Positions 19,204 through 29,089 are shown, numbered from the stretch's first letter. The stretch is 64,000 nt of DNA from Oscillospiraceae bacterium (GCA_963625655.1 CAVFTS010000005.1:1025-65024), one strand, 5' to 3'. The notes: generated from the sequence alone by a model not told the origin. A program made the numbers and translations.

Positions 19204-19908
19204 ATGAAAGAACGAATACAAAAGATAATCTCTGCGGCGGGACTTGCATCCCGCAGAGCGGGGGAGCGCATGATAAGCGAGGGACTCGTAAAAATAAACG
19301 GGGTCACCGCAAGCCTCGGCGACTCCGCCGACCCGGTAACCGACGTGATTGAGGTTGGCGGAAAGCGCATTTCCGCCCAAGGATGCAAGACGTACATAAT
19401 GCTGAACAAACCGAGAGGTTACATTACGAGCCTTAGCGACGAAAAGGGGAGACCCTGCGTTGCGGAGCTTGTCTCGTCCGTCGGAAAGCGTGTTTACCCG
19501 GTCGGAAGACTGGATATGTACTCAGAAGGTCTGCTCATAATGACCGACGATGGCGACTTTGCAAACAGGCTCATGCACCCGTCAAGCGAAAAACGCAAGA
19601 CTTATAGGCTCACGATCTCCGGCGAGTGTACCGACAGTGCGCTCGATATCATGCGCTCGCCGCTTCTCATAGACGGCTACCGTATACGGCCGGCTGCGGT
19701 CTCCGTCGTTAGAAACGATAAAAATACCACGCTCCTCGATGTTACGATCCACGAAGGCAGGAACCGTCAGATAAGGAAAATGTGCGAGCAGGCGGGGCTG
19801 ACGCTCATAAGACTTGTGCGAATTTCCGAGGGCGGACTTGAGCTTGCGGACCTTCCCGTCGGCAAGTGGCGTTATTTGACCGAAGCCGAGGTCACTATGC
19901 TGAAATAA
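19204..19908 (+). CDS. rluB: Pseudouridine synthase, RsuA/RluB family
   Basis: It has an S4 domain (RIQKIISAAGLASRR) and the catalytic motif PVGRLDMYSEGLL. Confidence 0.9.
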   Translation: MKERIQKIISAAGLASRRAGERMISEGLVKINGVTASLGDSADPVTDVIEVGGKRISAQGCKTYIMLNKPRGYITSLSDEKGRPCVAELVSSVGKRVYPVGRLDMYSEGLLIMTDDGDFANRLMHPSSEKRKTYRLTISGECTDSALDIMRSPLLIDGYRIRPAAVSVVRNDKNTTLLDVTIHEGRNRQIRKMCEQAGLTLIRLVRISEGGLELADLPVGKWRYLTEAEVTMLK

Positions 19909-19944
19909 ATTCGATATTATGTATATTTTGCAAGTTTGTATATT

Positions 19945-19973
19945 GAAAATTGCAAAAATGTCTTGCAATTTTC
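19945..19973. promoter_or_regulatory. Inverted repeat, candidate operator upstream of the RpiR-family gene
   Basis: GAAAATTGCAA, a 7-nt spacer, then TTGCAATTTTC: a perfect 11-bp inverted repeat. A third TTGCAA lies at 19928-19933. Confidence 0.5.
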
Positions 19974-20011
19974 GATTTAAATAGTAAAATATAGCTATCC
20001 TTTATACGGAG

Positions 20012-20884
20012 ATGATAATCGTGGAAAACGATCTTCTTGCCAAGCTGTCAAGCTATAACGGCAAACTATCAAAGGGTCAGCGCACTATTGCTAAATTTAT
20101 ATCCTCAAACTATGACAAAGCCGCTTTTATGACTGCCGGAAAGCTGGGTAAGATTGTCGGCGTCAGCGAATCGACGGTCGTCCGCTTCGCGACCGAACTC
20201 GGCTACGACGGCTACCCCGCAATGCGCAAGGCTTTGCAGGAAATGATACGCAACAGGCTCACGGCGGTTCAGCGTATAGAAGTCGCAAAGAGCATGATAG
20301 ACGATAAGGAGCTGTTTAAATCCATCGTCGGAAGCGACGTACAGAACCTCCAGACCACCATGGAGGAGTTTGACAAGGAGAGCTTTGATAATTGCATCGA
20401 CTCCATAGTCAATGCAAAGAAGGTATATATCGTCGGTATGCGTACCTCGACCGCTCTTGCGAGCTTTCTCGGGCTGTATCTGAATCTTCTGCGCGATAAC
20501 GTCATCGTCATTAGCAACACGGCGGCGAGTGAAATATACGAACAGCTCATTAGAGTGGGTGAGGGAGATACGGTCATATGTATCAGCTTTCCACGATACT
20601 CCAGCCACTCGGTCGATGGGCTCCTTTTCGCAAAGGAGATGGGCGCAAAGGCTATCGCCATAACCGACAGTCCGGCATCACCCTTCAGTTCCATTGCCGA
20701 CATCTGTATGTACGCCAAGAGCGATATGGTCTCGTTTGTCGATTCGCTTGTTGCGCCGATGAGCCTGATAAACGCCATTATCGTTGCCGTCGGTAAGCGC
20801 AACAAAGACGGCGTGGTCAGCATATTTGAAAAGCTTGAAAACATATGGACGGAGCACGATGTTTATGAATCACCTCAAGGCTGA
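20012..20884 (+). CDS. MurR/RpiR family transcriptional regulator
   Basis: It has an N-terminal HTH_6 (ITAGKLGKIVGVSESTVVRFATELGYDGY) and a C-terminal SIS domain. Confidence 0.88.
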   Translation: MIIVENDLLAKLSSYNGKLSKGQRTIAKFISSNYDKAAFMTAGKLGKIVGVSESTVVRFATELGYDGYPAMRKALQEMIRNRLTAVQRIEVAKSMIDDKELFKSIVGSDVQNLQTTMEEFDKESFDNCIDSIVNAKKVYIVGMRTSTALASFLGLYLNLLRDNVIVISNTAASEIYEQLIRVGEGDTVICISFPRYSSHSVDGLLFAKEMGAKAIAITDSPASPFSSIADICMYAKSDMVSFVDSLVAPMSLINAIIVAVGKRNKDGVVSIFEKLENIWTEHDVYESPQG

Positions 20885-22094
20885 TGCGGTAGTCATCGGC
20901 GGCGGTCCCTCCGGAATGCTGTGCAGCGCCGTTGCAGCCGAAAGAGGGCTTGACATCATACTGCTGGAGCCGCAAAAGATACTTGGGCGAAAATTGAGAA
21001 TAACGGGCAAGGGCAGATGCAACGTCACAAATAATTGCGACGTTAAGGAAGTGATGCGCAATATCCCCGGTGACGGAAGATTTCTGTACAGTGCGCTGAA
21101 TAGGTTCCCTCCGGCTTCGACGATGGAGCTTTTTGAGCGCCTCGGCGTAAAGCTCAAAACGGAGCGGGGCAACCGAGTATTTCCCGTTTCCGACAACGCA
21201 AACGACGTTGCCGCAGCACTCATAGCGTATATGAAGCGCAGCGGCGTTAGGATAGAAAAGTGCGGCGCATTAAAGATCCTTACGCAAAACGGTGCTGTCG
21301 TCGGCGTCAAAACGGAAAACGGAGTTATTGAATGTAAAGAGGCCGTCATATGCACGGGCGGACTGTCATATCCGCTAACCGGCTCGACGGGCTGGGGCTT
21401 TGAAGCCGCAAAAGCACTCGGTCACACCGTGATTCCGGCAAAGGCTTCGCTCGTGCCGCTTGAAAGCGACGACGAATACTGTGCCGAGATGCAGGGCTTT
21501 TCATTGAAAAACGTAGTACTGTCCGCTTTTGAGGACGATAAGCTCGTTTATCACGAGCAGGGCGAGATGCTGTTCACGCATTTCGGCGTGAGCGGCCCCT
21601 TGGTGCTTTCCGCAAGTGCGCATATGCGTCGCTTCGGCGAGTGCAAATATCGCTTGGAGATAGACCTGAAGCCTGCGCTCGACGAAAAGAAGCTCGATGC
21701 GAGGCTTCTGCGTGACTTTGAAAAGTACATAAACCGGGACTTTGCAAACGCTCTCGGCGACCTTGCCGGGAGAGCAATGATTCCCGTTATTATAAAGCTG
21801 TCCGGCATTGCCCCGGATACGAAGGTTAACTCCATAACAAGAGAGCAACGCCATGCGCTTTTACGGCTCTTTAAGGCGTTTCCCGTCTCGGTGTGCGGGA
21901 CAAGACCCGTCACCGAAGCTATTGTCACCTCCGGCGGCGTTTCGACAAAGGAGATCAATCCCCGCACCATGGAGTCAAAGCTCGTGTCGGGTCTGTACTT
22001 TGCGGGCGAGGTGCTTGACCTCGACGCATATACGGGAGGCTTCAACCTGCAAATAGCGTGGGCGACCGGTTATACGGCGGGTAATTCACTTTGA
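20859..22094 (+). CDS. NAD(P)/FAD-dependent oxidoreductase, HI0933/BaiN-like flavoprotein
   Basis: It has the dinucleotide fold VVIGGGPSGM, TGKGRCNVTN, and the C-terminal GGFNLQIAWATG. The start could be 20859 or 20865 and overlaps the regulator's 3' end. Confidence 0.85.
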   Translation: MFMNHLKADAVVIGGGPSGMLCSAVAAERGLDIILLEPQKILGRKLRITGKGRCNVTNNCDVKEVMRNIPGDGRFLYSALNRFPPASTMELFERLGVKLKTERGNRVFPVSDNANDVAAALIAYMKRSGVRIEKCGALKILTQNGAVVGVKTENGVIECKEAVICTGGLSYPLTGSTGWGFEAAKALGHTVIPAKASLVPLESDDEYCAEMQGFSLKNVVLSAFEDDKLVYHEQGEMLFTHFGVSGPLVLSASAHMRRFGECKYRLEIDLKPALDEKKLDARLLRDFEKYINRDFANALGDLAGRAMIPVIIKLSGIAPDTKVNSITREQRHALLRLFKAFPVSVCGTRPVTEAIVTSGGVSTKEINPRTMESKLVSGLYFAGEVLDLDAYTGGFNLQIAWATGYTAGNSL

Positions 22095-22105
22095 AAGGAT
22101 CGAAC

Positions 22106-22789
22106 ATGATTTCAATTGCAATCGACGGGCCGAGCGGAGCCGGAAAAAGCACCGTTGCAAGAAGTGCGGCAAAGCGCTTCGGATTTGTGTATGTTGACAC
22201 CGGCGCCATATATCGGACGATAGGTCTTGCGGCGATGAACGCCGGAGCCGACACGAAGGATCCGGCGGCAGTGGAAGCGGTTTTGCCGACGCTTAAGATC
22301 GAGCTTAAATACATCGACGGAGAGCAGCGGATGTTCCTTGACGGAAAGGACGTGTCGAAAGAGATACGTCTGCCGGAGGTCTCGATGTGCGCATCGAACG
22401 TATCCGCAATGCAGCACGTCAGAGACTATCTGACCGATATGCAGCGTGACCTTGCAAGAAAGCATAACGTCATTATGGACGGCAGAGACATAGGAACGGT
22501 CATACTCCCGTACGCCGACCTCAAGATATTCCTTACCGCCGGCGCCGAAGCCAGAGCGCAGCGGCGTTGGAAGGAGCTTCAGGCAAAGGGCATATCCGAT
22601 TCGATTGAGCAAGTCCTTGCGGACATGAAAAAGCGTGACGAGCAGGACACCGAGCGCAAGACGGCGCCCCTTGTTGCCGCAGCCGATGCCGTGCTGCTTG
22701 ACACGGGCAGTCTCACGCTTGAGGAAAGCATTGATGCCGTGTGCGGTCTCATTGCCGAAAGAACCGGAGCAAAGGCGGTTACGACATGA
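22106..22789 (+). CDS. cmk: Cytidylate kinase
   Basis: It has [22 protein letters not shown] and DGRDIGT. Confidence 0.95.
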   Translation: MISIAIDGPSGAGKSTVARSAAKRFGFVYVDTGAIYRTIGLAAMNAGADTKDPAAVEAVLPTLKIELKYIDGEQRMFLDGKDVSKEIRLPEVSMCASNVSAMQHVRDYLTDMQRDLARKHNVIMDGRDIGTVILPYADLKIFLTAGAEARAQRRWKELQAKGISDSIEQVLADMKKRDEQDTERKTAPLVAAADAVLLDTGSLTLEESIDAVCGLIAERTGAKAVTT

Positions 22790-24819
22790 AAAAGATTATA
22801 GTAGCCAAGAGTGCGGGCTTCTGCTTCGGCGTTAGCCGGAGCGTCGATATGGCGCAGGAGCTTTTGAAAGAAGGGGAGGCGTATTCCCTCGGACAGCTCA
22901 TACATAACGACGACGTTGTAAACAGGCTTGCCTCCATGGGGATGAAGCTTATAAACTCTCCGGAGGAGCTGCCGGTGGGCGAGCGTGTCATAATAAGGTC
23001 GCACGGCGTTTCCGAGGAAATATACGACAAGCTTGCGCAGCGCAACGCAAAGATTACGGACGCCACCTGTCCGAAGGTGAAGCGTATCCACACGATAGTC
23101 GCCAAAGCTACCGAGCAGGGACGCTTTGTGCTGATAATCGGAATGAGGAATCACCCGGAGGTCGAGGCGGTCTGCGGCTGGTGCGGGGAACACGCACTGT
23201 GCGAAAACCTGTCCGAGCTTGAAAATCTCTTTAAGAATGACCCGACATTTTCAGTAAAACCGATAACCATGGTCATACAGACCACTCAAACTCGGAGTAA
23301 TTTTACCGAATGTGCGAATTTCTTAAAAAAAATGTGTACAAACGCGGAAATCTTTGATACAATATGTGGTGCGACGTCCATGCGGCAGGATGAGGCCACA
23401 AAATTATCGGCCGAATGTGATGCAATGGTAGTAATAGGCGGAAAGCACAGTGCCAACAGCGTGCATCTTGCGGAGATTTGCGACAGGATGTGCGATAACG
23501 TTCAGTTCGTCAACAACGCAAGTGAGCTTGATATGGACAGGCTGGCATCGGCAGATACCGTCGGCGTTACCGCCGGAGCATCCGCTCCGTCATGGATAAT
23601 TAAGGAGGTAAGTAATAAGATGAGCGAAGAAATTAAAATTGATGAAACCACAGTAGATGTAAAGGAAAAATCCTTTGACGAAATGCTGGAGGAAAGCATC
23701 AAAACTATATATAACGGAGATAAGGTAACCGGCACCGTTGTTGCCATAACCAACACCGAGATCAGTGTTGACATCGGCACCAAGTATTCCGGCTTCATTC
23801 CCACCACGGAATTTACCGACGACGGTATCAAGGTCGAAGACGCCGTCAAGGTCGGCGACACCATCGAGGCGGTCGTTGTCCGTGTGAATGACGTTGAGGG
23901 CACCGTAATGCTCTCCAAGAAGCGTCTTGACGCAGCAAAGAGCTGGAGCGACGTTGAGGAAGCTTCCGAAAACGGCGGAGTTCTCGAAGGCATCGTCAAC
24001 GAGATCAACAAGGGCGGAGTTGTTGTTTCCGTAAAGGGCGTTCGTGTATTCGTTCCCGCATCTCAGAGCGGTCTGCCCAAGGAAGCCGATATGGCTCAGC
24101 TCCTCAAGCAGAAGGTTCGTGTCAAGATTACCGAGTTCAACCGTGCCCGCAAGCGTGTTGTCGGCTCCATACGTGCCGTAATGCAGAAAGAACGCCGTGA
24201 GCGTGCCGAGGCAATTTGGAACGAGATCGAAGTCGGCGCAAAGTACCACGGCGTCGTGAAGTCCATGACCAGCTACGGTGCATTCGTTGACATCGGCGGC
24301 ATCGACGGCATGGTTCATGTTTCCGAAATGAGCTGGAATCGCATCAAGAACCCCGCAGAGGTGTTCTCTGTCGGCGACGAGGTCGATGTGTACGTCATCG
24401 GCTTTGACAAGGAAAAGCGCAAGATTTCCCTCGGCTACAAGAACCCCGCAGAGAATCCTTGGGTCAAGTTCACTTCCGCTTACGAAGTCGGCTCCACCGC
24501 AGAGGTCAAGATCGTAAAGCTCATGCCCTTTGGCGCATTTGCTGAGGTCGTTCCCGGTGTCGATGGTCTTATCCACATTTCTCAGATTGCAAACCGCCGC
24601 ATCGGTAAGCCCGAAGAGGTTCTGGCCGTCGGTGACGTGGTCGAGGCAAAGATCACCGCTATCGACAACGAGAAGCAGAAGATTTCCCTCTCCATCCGTG
24701 CGCTCAGCGAGCCCGCACCCGCAGAGGTCGCTCCCGCAGCCGAAGGTGATGACACAGAGGCAGTCGTATACGAAGTGTCCGAGAACGGCGAAGCCGTCGG
24801 CGATGCAGACGTTGATTGA
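22786..24819 (+). CDS. ispH: Bifunctional 4-hydroxy-3-methylbut-2-enyl diphosphate reductase / ribosomal protein S1 domain fusion
   Basis: The N-terminal ~280 aa are IspH (AGFCFGVSRSV, HNDDVV, ATCPKV). Four S1 repeats follow (e.g. YGAFVDIGGIDGMVHVSE, FGAFAEVVPGVDGLIHISQ). Its ATG overlaps the cmk stop (ATGA). Confidence 0.92.
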   Translation: MKKIIVAKSAGFCFGVSRSVDMAQELLKEGEAYSLGQLIHNDDVVNRLASMGMKLINSPEELPVGERVIIRSHGVSEEIYDKLAQRNAKITDATCPKVKRIHTIVAKATEQGRFVLIIGMRNHPEVEAVCGWCGEHALCENLSELENLFKNDPTFSVKPITMVIQTTQTRSNFTECANFLKKMCTNAEIFDTICGATSMRQDEATKLSAECDAMVVIGGKHSANSVHLAEICDRMCDNVQFVNNASELDMDRLASADTVGVTAGASAPSWIIKEVSNKMSEEIKIDETTVDVKEKSFDEMLEESIKTIYNGDKVTGTVVAITNTEISVDIGTKYSGFIPTTEFTDDGIKVEDAVKVGDTIEAVVVRVNDVEGTVMLSKKRLDAAKSWSDVEEASENGGVLEGIVNEINKGGVVVSVKGVRVFVPASQSGLPKEADMAQLLKQKVRVKITEFNRARKRVVGSIRAVMQKERRERAEAIWNEIEVGAKYHGVVKSMTSYGAFVDIGGIDGMVHVSEMSWNRIKNPAEVFSVGDEVDVYVIGFDKEKRKISLGYKNPAENPWVKFTSAYEVGSTAEVKIVKLMPFGAFAEVVPGVDGLIHISQIANRRIGKPEEVLAVGDVVEAKITAIDNEKQKISLSIRALSEPAPAEVAPAAEGDDTEAVVYEVSENGEAVGDADVD

Positions 24820-24837
24820 TCTCATTCAACTAAATGT

Positions 24838-24872
24838 AATTACCCGTCGATAATGTCGGCGGGTAATTTTCC
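24838..24872 (+). terminator. Rho-independent terminator after ispH-S1
   Basis: Stem ATTACCCG...CGGGTAAT with inner pairing, followed by TTTTCCTTTATTT. Confidence 0.7.
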
Positions 24873-24903
24873 TTTATTTATCAACAAAAATTCACTCTGA
24901 CCC

Positions 24904-24932
24904 TTGAAAAAAATTAATGGTTTGTGTATAAT
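24904..24932 (+). promoter_or_regulatory. Sigma-A promoter for the carD-ispD-ispF unit
   Basis: TTGAAA (24904-24909), a 17-nt spacer, then TATAAT (24927-24932). Confidence 0.6.
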
Positions 24933-24980
24933 AATACATGAAATGACTTGCATTTGTAATCAAATTATGGAGGTGTCGGA

Positions 24981-25457
24981 TTGTTCGCTATCGGTGATTA
25001 TATTGCTCATCCCATGCACGGTGCCGGCGTTATTGACAGTTTAATAACGAAGAAGATCAATGGCACCGAAAGGGAATATTATGTTCTTCGCCTTCCGTCG
25101 GGAGGTATGCGTGTTCTCGTTCCGGTCTTGGGCTGTGAGGACATCGGCGTCAGACCGATAATCGAAAGCAGCGGCGCAAAGGCAGTGCTGGACAGCTTTT
25201 CGGATATTGAAGTCTCTATGACGCAGAATTGGAACAAGCGCTATCGTGAAAACATGGTCAAAATAAAAAGCGGAGATCTGCACGAGGTCGCAAGCGTTGT
25301 TAAAGGGCTTATGTGCCGTGACAAGGAACGTGGTCTTTCGTCGGGTGAGCGCAAAATGCTTCACTCCGCAAAGCAGATACTTATTTCCGAGCTCGTCATT
25401 TCGCTTGACGTAAGCTCCGCACAGATTGAAAGTATTCTTGACGCCGCAATGGCATAA
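24981..25457 (+). CDS. carD: CarD/CdnL family transcriptional regulator
   Basis: It has F.IGDYIAHPMHGAGVI......I.G.EREYYVLRL, the typical CarD_TRCF RNAP-interacting domain. The start is TTG with a GGAGG SD. Confidence 0.88.
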   Translation: MFAIGDYIAHPMHGAGVIDSLITKKINGTEREYYVLRLPSGGMRVLVPVLGCEDIGVRPIIESSGAKAVLDSFSDIEVSMTQNWNKRYRENMVKIKSGDLHEVASVVKGLMCRDKERGLSSGERKMLHSAKQILISELVISLDVSSAQIESILDAAMA

Positions 25458-25466
25458 GAGGTTTGT

Positions 25467-26195
25467 ATGTCTGTTTTTGATAAAATTTTTAAATCCAAAT
25501 CCACTAGTCGGCGCTGTGCCGCCGTCATCGTCGCCGCCGGCAATTCCAGCCGTATGGGACGTGATAAGATACTTATGGATCTCGGCGGTATGCCCGTTAT
25601 CGCAAGAACGCTTCTTGCGTTTGAGCAGTCGGAGGCAATAGACGAGATACTTGTCGTCACAAAGCTCGACAAGCTTCAGGAGATCGCCGATATTTGCAGT
25701 GAATACGGCATAAGCAAGGCATCTAAGGTGGTTTGCGGCGGCCGGACGAGAGCTGAATCCGCACTTGCCGGTGTGTCGCAGGTCGGAGAGGATATTGACA
25801 TTATCGCAATACACGATGCCGCACGTCCGCTTGTCAGCAGCAGTCTTATAGAGCGTGTGATCCTTGCCGCCGAGACCAATCTTGCGGTCGCCCCCGCAGT
25901 CAAGGCAACGGACACCGTCCGCATTTTGAACGCAAAGGGCGTCGTGCAGCAGACCCCGAACAGGGAGTACGTTGCGCTTATTCAGACGCCGCAGGCGTTT
26001 TCCGCCGACATAATCAAGGGCGCTCTCACCAAAGCCGTTGAAAAGCAGCTTCATATCACCGACGACTGCTCCGCAGCGGAGCTTGTCGGCGTCAGGGTCT
26101 GCGTTATCGACGGTGAGCCGGATAATATAAAGCTCACCACTTCGAGGGACGTTTACCTTGCGGCAAAAATCCTTTCCGACAAAGGGGTGCCGTGA
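25467..26195 (+). CDS. ispD: 2-C-methyl-D-erythritol 4-phosphate cytidylyltransferase
   Basis: It has [22 protein letters not shown] and TPQAF. Confidence 0.93.
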   Translation: MSVFDKIFKSKSTSRRCAAVIVAAGNSSRMGRDKILMDLGGMPVIARTLLAFEQSEAIDEILVVTKLDKLQEIADICSEYGISKASKVVCGGRTRAESALAGVSQVGEDIDIIAIHDAARPLVSSSLIERVILAAETNLAVAPAVKATDTVRILNAKGVVQQTPNREYVALIQTPQAFSADIIKGALTKAVEKQLHITDDCSAAELVGVRVCVIDGEPDNIKLTTSRDVYLAAKILSDKGVP

Positions 26196-26668
26196 TGCGG
26201 ATCGGTCACGGATACGACGTACACCGCCTGAAAGAGGGCAGAAATCTGATAATCGGCGGCGTTAAGATACCGTTCGAGCTTGGCCTTGACGGGCATTCCG
26301 ATGCCGACGTGCTTACCCATGCACTGATGGATGCGCTTTTGGGCGCAGCGGCGCTCGGAGATATAGGCAAGCTTTTTCCCGATAACGACGATGCTTACTT
26401 AGGCGCAGACAGTATTGGACTGTTGAGAATTGTGGGGAAGAAGCTTCTCGAAAACGGATATGCTCTCTGCAATGCCGACTGCACGGTCATCGCTCAGCGT
26501 CCGAAGCTTGCCCCATTCATTGAAATGATGCGTCAAAGGCTTGCCAATGCACTGCGAGTTGACGTTGACTGCATAAGCGTCAAAGCCACCACGGAGGAAA
26601 TGCTCGGCTTCACGGGTGAGGGACTGGGTATAGCCGCTCATGCGGTCGTGCTGATAGACGAGCTTTAA
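26192..26668 (+). CDS. ispF: 2-C-methyl-D-erythritol 2,4-cyclodiphosphate synthase
   Basis: It has [23 protein letters not shown] and DIG..FPD. It overlaps ispD by 4 nt. Confidence 0.95.
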   Translation: MMRIGHGYDVHRLKEGRNLIIGGVKIPFELGLDGHSDADVLTHALMDALLGAAALGDIGKLFPDNDDAYLGADSIGLLRIVGKKLLENGYALCNADCTVIAQRPKLAPFIEMMRQRLANALRVDVDCISVKATTEEMLGFTGEGLGIAAHAVVLIDEL

Positions 26669-26737
26669 CACAACATATAAAATAACATACGGCAATTTTA
26701 CCGCATAGAATGAACCAAAACTCTGAGGGTGATTTCT

Positions 26738-26989
26738 ATGCGTTATTTAATTATGTGCAGATCGCTGACATATGCACAGAAGGCTGCCCGTCTGCTTGAA
26801 AGAAACGGCATTAACGCAGGTATTCGGCGTGCGCCGCAGGAGCTGAGCGGAGCGGGCTGCTCGTACAGCGTGAGCGTTCGTGCAAACAGAGCGATAAAGG
26901 CGGTCGAGATTCTGCGGCGGGAGAATTTGCCGCATGGCAGAATATTTGAAATGAATACGGACGGCAGCGTTAGGGAGGTAATCATGTGA
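26738..26989 (+). CDS. DUF3343 domain protein (putative Se/S carrier-like)
   Basis: The 83-aa product begins MRYLIMCRSLTYAQKAARLLERNGINAGIRRAPQELSGAGCSYSV. This matches the DUF3343 pattern of a single conserved Cys after P..(L/I)S. Confidence 0.65.
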   Translation: MRYLIMCRSLTYAQKAARLLERNGINAGIRRAPQELSGAGCSYSVSVRANRAIKAVEILRRENLPHGRIFEMNTDGSVREVIM

Positions 26990-28110
26990 TATATCTTGAC
27001 TCAGCCGCAACAAGCCTCTTAAAGCCGAAAAGCGTTTCGAGAGCGGTCGCACGAGCCATCGACACGATGGCAAGTCCGGGCAGGGGAGCGCACAGAGCCG
27101 CAATGCTTGCGGCGGACACCGTTTTCGACTGCCGATGCGCCGTGGCGGAGCTGTTCAATGTCCCGGAGCCGGAGCAGGTGGTGTTTACCCTAAACGCCAC
27201 TCATGCGCTGAACATTGCGATACGCAGTCTCGCAAGTAGGGGAAGCAGAGTAACGGTGTCGGGCTACGAACACAACTCCGTCATGCGTGTGCTGTATGAC
27301 CTCGGCTGCGACGTTTCGGTTGCCGACAGTCCGTTGTTTGACGAAGATGCGGCAGTAAGCGCCTTCCGGCGGCTCACTCCGCAGTCCGACCTCGTCATAT
27401 GCAATCATGTCTCGAACGTGTTCGGCTTCGTTCTTCCTATCAAGAGGATCTCGAAGATATGCGCCGAGTACGGGGTTCCTCTCATAATAGACGCATCTCA
27501 GTCTGCGGGTATCACAAAGATCGGTTTTACTGAGCTCGGAGCGCAATATATCGCAATGCCGGGACACAAGGGGCTGCTCGGCCCGCAGGGGACCGGCGTG
27601 CTGCTTTGCGGCGATGCGGGGCGTCCGCTGCTTTGCGGCGGCACCGGCTCGGACAGTATAAGCGAAAAAATGCCGGACTATCTGCCCGACAGACTCGAAG
27701 CCGGGACCCACAACGTTGCCGGCATTGCCGGTCTTCGCGAGGGCATCCGCTATGTAAAAAGCATGGGCGAGGAACGGATAGGCGGCTATGAGACCATGCT
27801 GTGCGGCATAATGGCTGACCGTCTTTCCGAAGTCGAGGGTCTGACCGTATATCGCTCGAACCGGTCGCAGGCCGGAGTGCTTTCCGTGAGGCACGAGCGC
27901 ATTGACCCCGAAGCACTCTGCGGGATGCTTGGGGAGCACGGCATCGCCGCAAGGTGCGGGCTGCACTGCGCACCGCTTGCACACAGAACGGTCGGAACGC
28001 TTGATACCGGGACGCTTAGGCTCAGCTTTTCGCCGCTTTTGAGCAAAGCAAGCGTCATAGAGGCCGGAAATGCGATAGCTCGGCTTATTAACTCCAAAAT
28101 TCATCAATAA
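26986..28110 (+). CDS. Class V aminotransferase (cysteine desulfurase / selenocysteine lyase-like)
   Basis: It has IYLDSAATS, a VSNVFG region, the PLP-Lys context MPGHKGLLGPQGTG, and LRLSF near the C-terminus. Its GTG start overlaps the DUF3343 stop. Confidence 0.85.
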   Translation: MIYLDSAATSLLKPKSVSRAVARAIDTMASPGRGAHRAAMLAADTVFDCRCAVAELFNVPEPEQVVFTLNATHALNIAIRSLASRGSRVTVSGYEHNSVMRVLYDLGCDVSVADSPLFDEDAAVSAFRRLTPQSDLVICNHVSNVFGFVLPIKRISKICAEYGVPLIIDASQSAGITKIGFTELGAQYIAMPGHKGLLGPQGTGVLLCGDAGRPLLCGGTGSDSISEKMPDYLPDRLEAGTHNVAGIAGLREGIRYVKSMGEERIGGYETMLCGIMADRLSEVEGLTVYRSNRSQAGVLSVRHERIDPEALCGMLGEHGIAARCGLHCAPLAHRTVGTLDTGTLRLSFSPLLSKASVIEAGNAIARLINSKIHQ

Positions 28111-28114
28111 GCAA

Positions 28115-28143
28115 TTGCCTTTTTGGAAAAATTGTTTTATAAT
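28115..28143 (+). promoter_or_regulatory. Candidate sigma-A promoter for cdaA
   Basis: TTGCCT, a 17-nt spacer, then TATAAT (28138-28143). Confidence 0.5.
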
Positions 28144-28213
28144 ATAGTGATAAATTTTCCGAACAGTTATGCGTCTGCCACGGCAGTCCGCCGGAATAAG
28201 AGGAACGTATTTT

Positions 28214-29089
28214 ATGGAAGCTGTCTCTGAATTCTTTTCAAGCAAATTTAATTACTTCAGCACGATAACCGTATGGGACATTGTTGATATACTTATCGTT
28301 GCGTATATCATTTACGAAGTTATTAAGCTCGCAAGAAATACAAGCTCTTCGAGCCTCGCAAAGGGCATACTCATGCTCCTTGTCGCTCTTTGGCTTTCAA
28401 GCGTGTTTAACCTCACGATGATAAACTTCCTGCTGCGCAAGGCGGTCGAGATCGGACTTATAGCGCTCGTTATCATCTTCCAGCCGGAGCTGAGAAAGCT
28501 GCTTGCCAAGGTCGGCAGCAGCAAGCTGTACGGGCTGTTTTCGAGTAAGGAGAAGGAAAAATCGGCTCTTGAGTCTGCGATAACTCAGACTGTCATCGCC
28601 TGTGAGCAGATGTCAAAGACTAAGACCGGCGCTCTCGTCATTTTCGAGCGTAATATGTCGCTGAGCGACATTATGACCACGGGTACTGTGATCGATGCCG
28701 ATACCACGGCGGAGCTGATGAAAAACATTTTCTATCCCAAGGCTCCCCTGCATGACGGCGCAATGATCCTCCGCAACGGGCGTATCGCCGCAGCGGGCTG
28801 CGTTCTGCCGCTTACCAACAAGACGAATCTGAGCAAGGATCTCGGTATGCGTCACCGTGCCGGCATCGGCATGAGTGAGCAGACGGACGCACTTGTTATC
28901 ATCGTTTCGGAGGAGACCGGCGCAATTTCAATTGCCATTGAGGGCATGCTGAAGAGAAATCTCAAGCATGACACCTTTGAGAAGATACTTCGCACGGAGC
29001 TTGTTGATGAAGAAGTCAAGACAAAGCCTGCGGAAGAATTACTCGACCGCATTAAGGGAAAGCTCAAGGTGAAAAGCAATGAAAAGTAA
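28214..29089 (+). CDS. cdaA: Diadenylate cyclase CdaA
   Basis: It has three N-terminal TM helices, then a DisA_N domain with TGALVIFERN, PLHDGAMIL, GMRHRAG and VSEETG. Confidence 0.93.
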   Translation: MEAVSEFFSSKFNYFSTITVWDIVDILIVAYIIYEVIKLARNTSSSSLAKGILMLLVALWLSSVFNLTMINFLLRKAVEIGLIALVIIFQPELRKLLAKVGSSKLYGLFSSKEKEKSALESAITQTVIACEQMSKTKTGALVIFERNMSLSDIMTTGTVIDADTTAELMKNIFYPKAPLHDGAMILRNGRIAAAGCVLPLTNKTNLSKDLGMRHRAGIGMSEQTDALVIIVSEETGAISIAIEGMLKRNLKHDTFEKILRTELVDEEVKTKPAEELLDRIKGKLKVKSNEK

